Assembly: GCA_030265395.1 (NCBI GenBank)
Contig: JARFYF010000017.1
Coordinates: 42,681,144 to 42,745,143 of the forward strand
From: Rhina ancylostomus
Lineage: Eukaryota
Reading direction: 5' to 3'
Length of the DNA stretch: 64,000 nt
Position 1 is the stretch's first letter, and every line of letters starts with the position of its first letter. The notes under the pieces are model-generated. The model searched no databases, had not been told where the DNA came from, and saw only the letters and a list, made by a program, of their open reading frames with translations. A program made the translations under genes and the position numbers. This document shows, one piece after another, positions 1 to 14,214 of this stretch.

Positions 1-914
1 CATCATCCCCATTACTCGATGATTATCATGCTTTACATCCTTTCAGATTATTAGGCACCCTGATGGACTTTAGGGAAGTCAACCACATTTTTCGTCAAGA
101 AAAGAGTTTTTGAAAATGTACACACCGTGCATAGACTATTGATCAACTGCTTGTGTTTGTGGGCATGCAATAAAATACAACAGATGGGTGATTTGTGGGA
201 TTCAGGGGACTTGCAGGAACCCAGATTAATGAAAGTCAAGATAGCAACAGACAACACAAAGACCCGACACATTCTATTTATTTTAGTTGAAATTTGTTAT
301 AGGAAACAAAGGTCTCAAGTTTTATTTCCTAAAATAAGCAAAAATATTTAATTTCACCAAATCAGTGAGTTCAAGTGATAAAACACTCATGAACTGAACC
401 AAATATAAACAAACAATTCAAGCTGTATTCGTAATTTATGAACTGCCTTTACTGGATTTGCTGCCCCTCCCTTGTATCTGCAAAATATTTGATTAATTTC
501 TAATGAATTTCTTAATCAAAGTTGCCTTTATCTTGCAGTTCCAGTCCAAATAGGAGTTCTTAGTCATTAAATACAATGATTCCCTCCATCCCAGTTCAAT
601 CAATTCAATATGCATCTATTATTTTCCTTCTATTAGCCTTTTGAAAATGGGCATGTGACCAGTATTCCCAAATTTCTACTTTTGTCTCAACTCATTGCTT
701 CCTTTATAGATTTGCCCAGTTCAGATTAAGCCTCATCTTTTATTTATTCAATAATCTCTGATGAGAAATATATATAGCTCTCAATAGGATAATCTTCATT
801 GGACTGTGCCACAACGATATGTTCAAAATCACCATTACATTGCAATATAATATAATTGCTTCTTCACAGCTATATGCAGGTTTCAGTACTGAATTTTTCA
901 GAATGTGTCTAGCT

Positions 915-1560
915 AGTAAGGACAGCATTTGTTGCCCATTCTCAATTGCCCTTGGGAAAGTGGCAGTTCTTCTGAAGGTAATGCCACACTACCATTAGGA
1001 AGAAAGTTCCAAGATTTGGACCCAGTAACAATGAACGAACAGCAATGCATTTCCCAGTCACGAGGGGAACCACCAGCTGGTGGTGTTCCCATGCACTCAA
1101 ACCCTTTACCCTCCTTGGTGGTTAGGTCTTAGGTTTGAGGGCTGCTGTCAGAGCAGCTCAGATCATGAGTTGGTACACTGCAGCCAACTGTGCAATGATA
1201 GTGAAAGGAATTAATGTTTTGGGTGGTAGTTGGGGTGCCAATCAAGCAGGCTGTATTGCCCTGGATGGTTTTGAGATTCTTAAATGTTGCTGGAGCTACA
1301 AGGTACCCAACATGTTCCTTGTAAATGGCTTTCATGTGTCAGGTGAGTCACTCATTGCTGGAGAGTCAGCCTCTGATCTGCTCTTGCAGTCACAGTATTT
1401 GTGGCTTGTCTATTTGAGTGCCCCATTAACAATTTGTTCCTGACAGTGAGGGACATTGCAATGGTAATGCCATTGAATGTTAAGAGTACTTTGTTCGATT
1501 CTTGTTGAAGATGGTCATTGCTTAGTACTTTCGTAGCATGAATGTCAAATCTGGCCAACT
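915..1560 (-). mobile_element. Decayed LINE 3' fragment (CR1/L2 group, called family A here)
   Basis: Begins with the reverse complement of the family A tail (tgttgcccattctcaattgcccttg); body is similar in reverse to 9500-10090 and 53850-54570. Confidence 0.65.
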
Positions 1561-1769
1561 GCTCCAGTATTTAGTCAATGGACACTCAAATAAATTAACT
1601 TTCCAGTAGGTCAATGCCCCAGGATCCCAGTATCTAAATTTCTTTTAAAAAATCTTCCTTCCGAATGCTTAATTGAAACCTGTTATTGTATTACCCTGCA
1701 CTACCTCAATGCCCTATAATGAATTGATCTATATGAACGGTATGCAAGACAAATCAACTCCAGGTATCA

Positions 1770-1900
1770 TTATGGAGAGAGGAAGATTTTCCAGTACCTT
1801 TGCACAATTTACTTCTCAACATCATAAAAGAAAATGGTCATTTTCTCATTTTGTTTGAGAGATCTGGGTGCAAATTAGTTACCGTGGTTTCATACAGGTC
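1770..1900 (+). mobile_element. Deu-SINE (SacSINE1/AmnSINE1-like) relic
   Basis: aatttacttctcaacatcat...ggtcattttctcattttgtttgagagatctgggtgcaaattag resembles the Deu domain. Confidence 0.45.
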
Positions 1901-4564
1901 ATTTCTATACTATGCAGCCAATTAGGTACTTCTTTACATGCCCTATGCTATAAACAGATATGTTCCAGTCATCACTTTGTACACTTGAAGTGTATTATCA
2001 GAATCCGTCATCCTTTTAAAACAAAGAAGATGTTAATCACAATTCAGAGCGATGCTTTCTTTAAAAGTGCCCAAATGAGTTGCCGAATTTTACTATCACA
2101 AAAGTAAATGTGCAAGTGTACCCGTCTTAAGAGTACAATGACGAAAACAATCTTTTTAAACTTATTAGAAACCTCGAATGGCACAGGCTTGTTGATACCG
2201 GCACGTACTGGCTTCACAGTACATCCATTTCAGTATTAGCACTTCTGCTGCTCCTCAAGTGGTCTGGCAGTACCAATTAAGATAACATGGAGAGAGGGGG
2301 ACTCTCGGAGAAGTCACTGCAGTAGATAAAGATCAAGATTACTATGTGAACCAAAGTTAAATGGCCTTGGGATGCCATCCACACCTGTCCAGTTAAGCTC
2401 AAGCTGTTTCAACCAAGTTATTTATGGACACAGGCACACAGCAAATTTCACACACGCCACCAATAATCACGCTCTGGCTGTTAAAATGACAAGTCAGATA
2501 CAAAACGACTCGCAGCTATCTTTTGGTGTTTTCTAGATTGAAAACATGGCACACTGGATGTGACAGTCAACGCACAGCTTACCATGCAAATACAACTTTT
2601 CATCTGATCTTAAAATGCTTCATACTACAGCAAGGAAAATAAATTTGCAATTATGGAGCACTTTTCAGGACCCCGTGATATTCCAATGTGACCAACAGTG
2701 ATAAAGATTTTCAAAGTGTAGTCACAGCAGATCTTGTTTGGAAATTTTCAAATGAGGTCGAGTCATCATGTGCAAGTTGATTTTTTTAAAATCTAACTGC
2801 TTGAAGAAAAGGTTGGTCTAGAAAAGACACCTTGGGAATCACAAATAAATAACTCCACTTTGAAAAAGCCCAAGATTCCTTGGAAGCTAGAAAAAAGCCC
2901 TCCAAAAAGACCTGCTTTGTATGCTTCTTTGGTATTATAATCTCTCAATGCCATGAAACATAATTCACTTTTAAGATGAGAAACTATAACAATTTAGAAA
3001 AGTGCTTTAAATTTTGCATGCCTCTTCCCATCATTCACTTTTCAATGTAATACCTTTACCAGGAAAGTATAAGAGAACATGTAATAGCATGAGTATGCCA
3101 CTGATTACAGATTGTAAGCAAAATGAAAGCTTTAAGTAGAGCTGAAGTACATATTTCTATTGGTTTGCATTAGTATGTTTTTCAAAACCTCAACTAAAAC
3201 TTAGCTCTTATGTTGTCAGGACCATTGCAAAATCACTCAGTCAAACTGTCCAGACTCCAAATGAGGTTAAAAGCTCCCAATGACCACTCTCGATGAGATG
3301 ATTAAAAAAGGTAGAGAATCTGCAGGAAGTAAATAAAGACCATGATTCTACCACTGCAAATAGTGGGTAAAGGAAAGTATTATTTCATAATCATCAAAGT
3401 AAACAAGTGAACTGTGTTATAATTCAGTTGCACGTCTATGAAGTCCTCTTTTCCCACTCATCAAAGCAGAAAAATGACAAACAATCCATTCAAATCAGTT
3501 CTTTAGGGATCAGTACTCTTGTCTGTTGCAAATAGAACTGTGCCTTCCATAATATGCTGCTTTCTTTTAGCACAGCAAAGTTGAGAACCAGATTGTATCA
3601 TGATATTAGTAGACGTCTAAAACTTGACTGGATTTCCTTCCTTTGTTCTACCTCCTTACTTAAAGTACAGAATTGGATTTGGGTTTCATTCTACAGTAAT
3701 TCACTCAAGGAAGCCTGCACAGTAAGCCTGGTGAGAAAATATTGGAGGTTACTAAATATGGTATCAGAAGTGAGATCAATTCCTCCTTTTCTAAATATCC
3801 AACTTCTGGCAAAGGTCTCTGGATAGTTCTTCTCAACAGGAGTCTATTCTTAAGTTATTTTGGAAGTTTGACTGCATGTATTCAACTGGTATTTTTCAAC
3901 AGGGCAATAAGCCACACATTACATCCCAATAAGCAATAGTCAATTGGCATTATTGGCATTAATCTAGATAGCAACAGCTACAACTCAACATCTGAGTGAC
4001 CACACAGTACTGATAGCTACAAAATGCAAGTGCAACCCTTGTGACAAAAATATCTGGTTGTGCAGTTAATAATGAGAGAGTAATAGTTTGAAACCACTAC
4101 ATTCTGAACAGTTGCCAACACAAGATGCTTTTCAAACAAATTCCTCCTACAAGATGTCAGTTTCAATCCTTACAAGATAATAAGAGCTAAGATTTCAAAT
4201 CAATGGAGCCCAAAACCAAGATTCACAAGCTGAAGATTCATGTCCACTATCTATTTTCTGCAGATCCTGGTTAAATGAGAAAGCTGATCACTGTCCTGAG
4301 AAGGGAGTTGTAAAACTGGCTGAGCATTCTGCTCCTGGTGGAAATAAACTATGGAGTCAAAGGCATGATTGAGTTTGTCTACAAAAATATTGCTCATTAC
4401 ACTGTAGGTAAATGCACCACTTTCTCGAACATAGCTCAATTAACTGGGGTCTCAAAAATGGCTTTGAAACTTACTCCTCTGCATAGTGACACTGAGCCCA
4501 TTCATGTGGTGTCCAAATGCTGCCATTGGTGACCCCAATCAGCATGCTGAATCTAAAACATAGA

Positions 4565-4765
4565 GACACAAGACATTGCAGATGCTGGAATCTAGAGCAA
4601 CACACAAACCGCTAGAAGAACTCAGTGGGCCAGGCATCATCGATGGAAGGAAATAGAAGTTGACGTCTTGAGTTGAGACCCTTTATCTGGACTGATCCAG
4701 AACTGAAGCGTCAATTGCTGCCTGACCCGCTGAGTTCCTCCTGTGTTTTGTGCGTTGCTGAATCT
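4565..4765. mobile_element. Penelope-like element termini in inverted arrangement
   Basis: gcaacacacaaaccgctagaagaactcagtgggccaggca (from ~4597) is the near reverse complement of tgcctgacccgctgagttcctcctgtgttttgtgcgttgc (~4720-4758). The same motif ends the GIY-YIG-bearing fragments at 33500 and 48950. Confidence 0.65.
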
Positions 4766-7700
4766 ACAAGTTCAGGCTTTGGGTGCTTGATATGAAAATC
4801 CCAGTTTCTTCCATCTGTTTTCATTTATCATTGGACTGAGACCCAGAAATTAAAAACACAGATAGTATAACAATCATTTGCTTTCTGCAATAAAAATTCA
4901 ATTGTCTTTTTTTTTTACTTCAGCTGACCTTACCCACAAAAATCCACTAGATTCTAGAGAAGCAACTGCCAAGAGTTTCATAATTATAAGTATTTCTCAA
5001 GAAATCCAAATTACACGATGCTAAAAATACAACCAAGGAATACTTCACAAGCCAAGTCACGTTGACTGGTACCCAATTAGTGGATGGCCTATTTGCATTT
5101 TGAGCCCAGTCCTCAGCTCTAAACCAGGCAGGGCCAGAGTATGAAATACAACCTTAATTTGAATGAGGTCACCTGTCGGGAAGAAAAGTAAATGCTTGTC
5201 GATAAAGATTACTCCGACTAAATGATTTTATATTCTCAATTATTTTAATGTTTTACATTATTTGTTAGCGATTAAATAGCTGCTAAATATCTTGGGAAAC
5301 AAACCTCGGGATACATCCGCGAGGCCTACTATCACTTGCAGCCAATTTCACTGTTTTGGATGATTGGAGTGGGGTGAAGGCAGGTTCTGCTCATCTCACC
5401 CTCCACATCTGGCAAAAGTACAGTTGGATGGATCCTGCACAATATAGAAACATGAGCCTGCTTAGATAAGGTGGGCACACTAATGCTAAAACAATTTCTA
5501 CACATTCACATGACAGGATACCACAAAAACAATTTACATTCTGGTCACGACACTTCATGCACACAGAATTCTGCTCAAGTCAGCTATACAATAAAATGAA
5601 TACCTCACTCTTATTTACTCAGAAGCAAAAAATAATTAACATTTACCTGTTAGTGCGATTGGTCCCAAAGTGCACCATAAATAGAAGATGTATTATTCAT
5701 CAGTAAAGGTAACTTCTGTGCATAAGTGATATATGAATCTGGGTTTGTACTCCATACTTCTGTACACTCCTTACAAGGCCAAGAGATTTTGACCACTTAC
5801 TAATTTATGTTAAACAAGTTAATGAAACTGAATCATATACAAATGAAACTCAAACAAACAGTAACCCCTTTCCACAGATGCTGCTTGACTGAGTTCTTCC
5901 AGCATTTCCATTTTTGGTTCAAAAATAGTTATATAATTGTTATATGGCAGATTCCTGAAAATAAAAACATAGTATCCTCCTGAATGGCATCAGGCTCTTC
6001 CGACAAGGCTTCAAACACCAAATTTTGTCCATCCATATAGAGATATGCTTCTTTTTAAACCGCTGTTAGTTATATAATGGCAGAACTCAAACATCCAACA
6101 CTCTGCAATTCCTACAAAGGAGATACTTAAATACACAGGAGAACAAAAAGAGCTTTTATTTGTTTTTCTCAAGAATTAACTTTAGACTGTGATAAGCAGC
6201 TTTCTGGAAGCTCATGCTCTGCCCACAATTCATTCCTTTTGCTGGAATACATTGTTGGTTGCCCTGTATCTGAAGGGATGTGGTTTGGTATTGGCCACTC
6301 AGATGACTGATCTGTGTTGAGCCATTTCATGCACCTTATAGTAGCAAAGGGAAAAGTACAACTGTTAGGGTGAACAAAGTTAAAACAAAACTGAGCTCCT
6401 AACCCCTGAATCGTTACCTCTACTGGAAAATTTACACCTGCACGGTTTTACTTTCTTGTTATTGAGTATAGTTGTGCAGGTGACCAACATTAATCATTTG
6501 GCATATATCCCAGGAGCCTATTGCTTAGCCTTGAGTGCAAAAGTTTCCAGAGACTAGTGAAAATGGTCATTTCAAACTGATCATTTTCAAATATAACCTA
6601 ATTTTACAGGCTGCTAATGAGATGAAAGAAAAATAAACACTACATAACTTATATTTTCGCTTTCAACATCCCTGTCTTAGATGGGAGTTTAAATTCAACA
6701 TTATCCTGAACAACAACACACAATGAAATCTGGGTCTCTTCCACTATCCAAACACACCTCCTATGCAAGACAGCCAGAAAAACAAATTACAGAATCTTCA
6801 TTGCATTGACATTCATGAGCAGATGACAGCTCATCCACACAGGACACGAATACCATACAATCTTTATCCGGCTGTAATCTTAACAACCAACTAAACATAT
6901 GTGACATACTACATTTGGCGAGGTCTTCTGTATATTTTGAACATGTCTCACTCACATATCACTTTTTCTCCCAAAGTACAACCTTGAATCTCCAGATNNN
7001 NNNNNNNNNNNNNNNNNNNNNNNNNNNNNNNNNNNNNNNNNNNNNNNNNNNNNNNNNNNNNNNNNNNNNNNNNNNNNNNNNNNNNNNNNNNNNNNNNCTC
7101 CAGATAACATTACTACCCTCAAACAATCAAATTCTGACAACGTATCCTTGAGGTAGGATGGTTTCAAATTCACCATTTGGCAAATGGGATTCATAAAACT
7201 TAGCTAAAAACCAGCTGATACAAAGCACAATAATGGTATTATGGTCCACACTCTATTCAAAACTGTTCAATATTATCTGATAATTTAAATTGAAATTGTT
7301 GGGAAAAGCAGCATCCTATATTTCCTCAAATTGGTTAATTTGTACTATTGAATAATTAATTTCTCCTCAGCATTCCACAAGCCAATATCAAATTGAAGTG
7401 ACAGAAACAGACAGTATTGGCAATTAAGCATTTTTGCTTCCCAATCAGCAGGCTGGACACAACATTACATTTTTGCCTGACATTTGAAAAAGCAGCATCA
7501 AGTCTGACGCCCACAACATCAGACTGCGATGTTTCCTTTTTAATGTCCATATATTAACAAGCAAATGGAGGAAAAAGCTTCCATTTTACACATTTTCAAT
7601 CACAGGACTCAAGATAAAATGGCTTGCTGAGAATTCATGCAAGGACATATCATTAAAAATACTCCATGCTTCTTGTCAGGACTGTGTATTGCAAACAAAG

Positions 7701-7869
7701 TTTCAGTGTAAAAGCCTAAAATTTAAATATAGGCAGCAGGTTCCACTTCATCATTAAGTTGCTAGATTTCAAAATCTACAATTACAAAGTGTCCTAATAT
7801 AGGGAAATGTAAGAGTCTTCAAACATGAACTGATGCCCTACTTGAGGAAATGTGCAACTGATGTGGTTG

Positions 7870-8420
7870 CTCATGTCCCACTAAATGTCAGTTTTTCAGA
7901 CCAGTGCTATTTTTAATGCATATTAATGATCTGGCCTTGGGTAAACAAGACAAGCCTTTAGGCTTTAGATGACATGAAATTCAAATATAGTATACAAAAA
8001 GAAAGAAAGCAACCAGGACAGACAAACTGATGAAATGCACCAACATTCATCAGATAAAGAAACTTGAAGTAATCCATTTTGGGAGAAAGATCAAGTGAAG
8101 TAACACAAAATGAATGGCAAAATTTTCAAGGGGGTGCTGGGACAAAATCTTGAGGGCATGTGTACACAGATCTTTATGAGAGGAAGGAAATGGTTAAGTA
8201 TGCTATAAAGGTATATATTGGATCCCTGGCTTCATAAATACAGATAATAAAAACAGCAGATAAATTATATTGAGCCTTTGCATAAATGTGTAGTCTTTCC
8301 ACTTAATTCACTTCAATCCCCTCTTCATACTTTAAGGCCTAGACACCCTTCCTGACATGTGAACCCTAGAAACTCAAAAATATTATGATGTTCAGGATGT
8401 TAAACCTTTATAAATAAGTA
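7870..8420 (+). mobile_element. Decayed CR1 LINE RT fragment
   Basis: tattaatgatctggccttgg...gatgacatgaaatt...gaagtaatccattttgggag, degenerate CR1 RT motifs (INDL, ADD, vmHFG). Confidence 0.6.
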
Positions 8421-8569
8421 TTTAGCACAACCCCATTGATTCTGGGTTGAGTCCAATGATGATGAAATAGTGGTTAGATATTTCTAAGTCAAGACTGTGT
8501 GAAATTTGGAGGAGGTCCTGCAGGTATTAGGATTACCATGTGCCTGCTGTCTTTGCCCTTTTGGAAGAT

Positions 8570-10090
8570 CAACAGTTAACAGGAGAAGACTTCAAGAACA
8601 TTCTTATCCTCAATGTTAGCATGACTCAACACAAGCTAAGAATCAAGTTTTCACAGTCATGTCCAGCCAGTCATGCTAAGTGGATGGCCCATTTCAGGTC
8701 CCTCCTGATATCCTGACCATCACAGAAGCCACTCTTAGGTCTATCCATTTTATTCGATGAGGTCATGGCAGAGAAAACCAGAGCAAAGGAAATGGGACCA
8801 AACAGCAGTCTACATCACAACTATAGCATTGAAGATTGCACCCCAGAACAACACACTATTCGAGCAAAGCTGTGCCTATACACATGACAATGGCATCCAC
8901 CTGACAATGTGAAAAACTGCCCAGTTCACACAAAGTAAAACAGGATAAGTCCAATCTGGCTAATTATAACCCAGTGTCACTCATCAACACAGTGACTGAA
9001 GTTGTATTGAAAGGGCTATCAAATATTGCCTATTCACCAATAACCTTACAACCAGCTTTGCAGGGACATTAGGCTTCAGACTGCATCATAACCTTAGTCC
9101 AAACATGGAACAGAGCTGAATTCCAGAGGTCAATTGAAGTGAATGTCCTTCACGTTAAGGGAGCATCAGCCTGAGTGTCGCATCAAGAAGCCCTGATACA
9201 AATGGTCAGTGGACGACAAGGGGAAAGAACTCCAATGATTGGAATCATATCTTGGACAAAGAAAGGAATTTGCAGTTGTGGAAGTGAAATATCCCAGTCC
9301 CAGGCCATCATTGGAGGTATTCCTCAGGCCCATCTTCTGCAACTTCTTCAAGAACCTTCCGTCCATCAAAACAGGTATATTTACTGATGACGGCAGAACA
9401 TGCAATTTGTCAGAAAATGAAACAGTTCACACCTACATGCAGCAAGAATTAGACAACATGCAGACGTGGGCTAATAAGTGACAAGTAAATCTTGCACCAT
9501 ATCCACCTACCCATGGTAGTCAGAGGCTGTAACTTTGGCAAGATACCCACCATCAATACTTTGTGTTGCACCACTGACCAAAAGCTCAACTGGACCACCA
9601 CAACCACTTAGGCTACAAGACCAGATCAGAACTTGTACATGCTGTGGGAAGGAACCATTCCTGACTCCCAACAATATTTTCCCCATCAAAGGATAAGTTG
9701 GATGAGTGCAGCTCCAACAACACTCAAGAGGCTTGGCACCATCCAGGACAAAACAGCCTGTTTGCCAGGCACTCCACCCAACACTAACTTTTTATTCCCC
9801 TTCCCAACTCCAACTGCTTCTTCCAAAAGGACAAAGATAGAAGGCATATGGCAATACTAACACCTGCAGGGCCTCCTTCAAATCACACACTGTCTTGACT
9901 TAGAAATATCTCACCGTTATTGGGAACCAACCCTGGAACACTCTACCCAACAGTACCACAGTCCTTCTGGTGACTGCATTCCCAAAGCAGTTTAAGTCAT
10001 CAGAATGTCACATTCTCAAGGAAGTTAGGGATGGATAATGAATGCTGGCCTTGCCAGTGATCCATATATCCCCAAAAATTGAATAAGTAA
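8570..10090 (+). mobile_element. Decayed LINE ORF2 and 3' tail (family A)
   Basis: RT remnants in the ORF track (FFKNLPS...IFTDDG...MQQELDNMQTWANK); tail ggaagttagggatggataatgaatgctggccttgccag. Confidence 0.75.
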
Positions 10091-10094
10091 AAAG

Positions 10095-10760
10095 TTCCAT
10101 TGCCTCCCTACTGCAGATCAGGGATAATCTTCTATCCCAAGCACCATTTTCTGTCATATACCTATATCTCTGGATCCCTCTTATACAAGAGTACAATTAA
10201 AGCATTAATTAATCTGTTTTGAAAGCAAGCAATGACTAAGCTTCTACAGGCATCCCAGGGTAGATGATTCTAAAGATTCCCTACCCTTTGAGTAAAGAAA
10301 TCTCTCTTCATTTCTGGCCTAATTGATCTACTGATTTTGATATGGAGACTCCCACATTCTCAACTCCTTAGCCAGGGCAAACATCCTCACTGTATCTACC
10401 CCATCAAGCTTTTAAAAAAAATTATGTACACTTTAATAAGGCACCTCCCACTTCTTTTACACTCTACAGAAGAGGACTATATTATTTGATTTCTTCTCAT
10501 ACACCACTCCTGCTGTACCAGTTACCAACCTGGTAAATCTTATTTGCAATCTCTCCAAGGCAATTTAGCCTGTTTTAAGCAAGGAAACCAATATTGTACA
10601 CAATACTCTGATGTGACATAACAAAGACCCCACGGGAATGCAGTCAGACACCTTTATTTTTGTATTATAGTCCTCTTACAATGAAGGGCAATATATCATC
10701 TACCTTCCTAATTATGTGATATACCTGCATGCTAATCCTTGACCTGAGCATCTGAACTTG
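10095..10760 (-). mobile_element. Decayed CR1 3' fragment
   Basis: Reverse-complement CR1 3' motifs (gtaaagaaatctctcttcatttct, ttgtacacaatactc). Confidence 0.6.
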
Positions 10761-13700
10761 TTGACAAAAGCCTACCTCTATTGCCTTAAATAACTTCCTA
10801 TGCCCCAATCTGGAGAGCCTCACATTCAGCTGCAAACCTCATTCTATTGTCGAGAGATTTAATGATCTGATTGACGTAGCTGATGAAAATAATACATGGT
10901 AGGTTCTCTCTTTCTCCCCTAGAGTTCCTCCCACGAGATTACATGGCAGTTGAAGGTCACTACTCATCAGTGGTCCTGTCCTGTACGCTGTCAGGTCAGA
11001 TCAGAAATTAAATGCAACAATGCTGCCTTTAATGAGGTTTTTTTTTTGGGGGNNNNNNNNNNNNNNNNNNNNNNNNNNNNNNNNNNNNNNNNNNNNNNCA
11101 ACACCTGAAATGACATGGCCATCTGGATGTGGCACATAGCAATAAAAACTGTGATGAAATTTCTTTCCATTACCATGCACAATTAACACATGAAAAAGTT
11201 AATGTGTTAATTTGCAATTGTGTTAACTTGTTAACAGAGCTAGTTTTTAAATTTGAAAATATATACCCATAGATATGTACTCCAGTCCTACACTAACAAA
11301 CCCATTCTTTAATCCAAGGCTGAGTCCCAAATGACTTTATACCGACACTTCCAAAACACTTTCAAATGGTATCGATAGTGACACAAACTCCAACGCCAGA
11401 ATTCATTTCGCTTTAAATGAAGTTTGGTTCTGCAAGAAAAGTTTCCTCAGGCTTGGATACATTAAAAACTTGTTAACGCAATAACAAATTAAAACAATTA
11501 ACATGATAGTATTTTAAATGTGATAATCTTGTAAATTAATGGGAAGAAACTGCAAACTCACAGCATGACAAATACCTCAACATGAGAGATTTTTTTTAAT
11601 TTCCAGTATCCGGACATTGCTGGCTCGATCCTGGACAGCGAGTACCACAAGTTAGATTCAGTTATTAAGAAGGACTGGCGAAGTGTATGATATGCTGACA
11701 GGTTGTGGGTTCCATGCATCTGTTGCCTTTGTCTTTATTGATAGAGAGTTCAAAAGTTATATATCATGTGACCTTATTTAGTTGATATCTAGTTCTATCT
11801 CACCACCTCTCTTGGTTCTTCAACTTTCTCTAAATTCTAAGACTCCCAGTCTTACAGCAGATGAGAAATTTCCTCCAACTAAATACTGGGAAGACCAAAT
11901 CAAACTCTCAATTTGCACCTTAAACTCTGTGCTCTATTTGTAGACTGCAATTCTCTCCCTGACAACTGTTACAGGGAGACCTTTTANNNNNNNNNNNNNN
12001 NNNNNNNNNNNNNNNNNNNNNNNNNNNNNNNNNNNNNNNNNNNNNNNNNNNNNNNNNNNNNNNNNNNNNNNNNNNNNNNNNNNNNNCAGTCTTACTGTCA
12101 TCTCCATAACTTCATGACCATCTGGGCTCACCTGCTGCTGAACATTTCATCAATACCACTACTAACTTTGGACTGACTGCTAACTAACCTGCCTTATTCT
12201 CACAAATAAACAAGAACATCCAAAAATTCTGCTGCCCAACTCCCTAATTTATGCCAAATCACGTTTATGCATCATTACCCCTGTGATTCTTATCTTTGAT
12301 ACCCCCACAGAAGAGAACTCTAGTACACACTATTCATAATTGAATCTCAAGGGGTCAGGTTCTTCTATCATGAGCTCTAGCCAGCTGATAAACAACATGC
12401 CAAAACCATGAAATATGAATCATTAACATCTACCTCACTCAGACCATCTAAAAGCAGAGAGTAAATAAATGCATTACAAAATAGATAACCCAACAGAAAC
12501 AACATCAAAGTCTGCAAGCATTCACATTAGTTTCACACTCCAAGCAGTACCAATGACTTGCTGCAGCCCCCACATGATGATGTAGATTGAAGGCAAACCA
12601 AGTGCAAAGGACAAATGTAATAAGAAATGGAATAAGAGAAGCCATTTCAGTAAGGGACCAAAATAAGCAAAGGCTGTTAGAAAAAAATTAAGAATAGCAA
12701 ATGCTCTAACAAGAGGAAAAAAAACAAAATATATTAGAGCAGATCAGTGTGTTAGTAGACTTCCCAGCAAGCAATATGGAATTCTGAAAATTTAAGCTTG
12801 CGTTCAGCTTGAAACACCTAACTACACAATGGCCAAATAGGATTGTACTGTACTTCAAAAAGTTGAGTTTCCATAATGTCCAGGTACACCTTTAAAAAAA
12901 ATTAGTAACACACAAGAATAAGATAAACATTTTAGAGTCACCCTGCTTGGTACCAAAATGCTTCTCAGTATTAAAATGCTCCATAATTTCAAATTGTAAT
13001 TAAACCCAAATTCCACACACATTTAACCAGAAGCTTTACCAAGAAGTTGCATTACATACTACAAATTAAGAGTAAACGTTACTTCAGCATGCAAAAGCAG
13101 CTCCAAAAACTATGGAATTTTAGATTCAATTTTCCTCTCGGCTCAGTCATATTCAAAGCAATCCTTTCCCTGAAGTTATTCAAGTCTCCTATCTGGTTCC
13201 TTTATATCTCATGGCTGATGCAGATGTCAAATAGCAACTATGATTTTTACACTTACATGGCTGGGTTAAATGACTATATGAAGAATAAGAAAATGCATCA
13301 ATGTGATAATAGCCCCTTAATATTTGAGCATCAGGCAATGCATGATTATATATACCAGGATCTGTTCTGCATAACCACTGGAGTTTTTTTTTTACATTTT
13401 CTATTGGTTTTCAAATCTCCTAGGTTTTGTGCAGAGGTAGTTCAGTGTTGCCCGTAACTTTCAGGGAAAAAAAATCAAAGTCAGGGATTGTCAGCATTGA
13501 ATCTATCAAAAGATACATGTTTGGAATCCCTGCCCTATACATACCAGTTTTTCAAGTTTCATCGGGGTTGAAAAAACAAAGTTGAAGGTTACGCAAATCA
13601 GTACTGAAGGGCTTGTGCAACTTTAAGCAATGATTATGGGCACTATTAAAGTCCTGGTGGTTGTGGTATATATTTTTTTCCTTAATTCATTGGTCTGATC

Positions 13701-14214
13701 ATTCAATGGGATGGAACCTCTAAAGTAGATATGGGCATTTTCATGACCAACTAGAAGAACCATTTCTGTCTTTGGAGTGCCCATACAGAGCTGCAATGGT
13801 CAAGAAAGCACAACTAATATTTATGCAGTAAATGAGAACCATTAGCTTTAGCACTGCTGGTATGCAATCAATAGACATTGCTTGAGATCCTTTCTCATAA
13901 GGCTTTGAAGTAATATAACTGTCAAAAGATCACCTGGCACTGGGAGACACCTCAAAGCCAGTTTGCACAGTGACTCGTACAAAAGTTGTGAAATGGTGAA
14001 AGTAAACCTGTAGCATAAGATAGACATGCAAAGCTTTCGGAAATTAAGCTCTTTCTTTAATACCCTAACTTTAACAGATAACTGTTAACAAACCAATCTG
14101 AAAACATTAGATTACTTGAAGTATGCATATCAAGCTCTTTGCAGCCTTCTAGAATCATAATTGAATTCAACAGCTTCAGCTAAATCATTATTTTTGTATC
14201 AGAACATATCAATT

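Noticed and set aside
10825-10972. Minus-strand CTGATGA ... CTGA as a C/D snoRNA or hammerhead
   Set aside because: The C box is non-consensus, the terminal stem is weak, I recognise no rRNA antisense element, and no GAAA follows a stem II.
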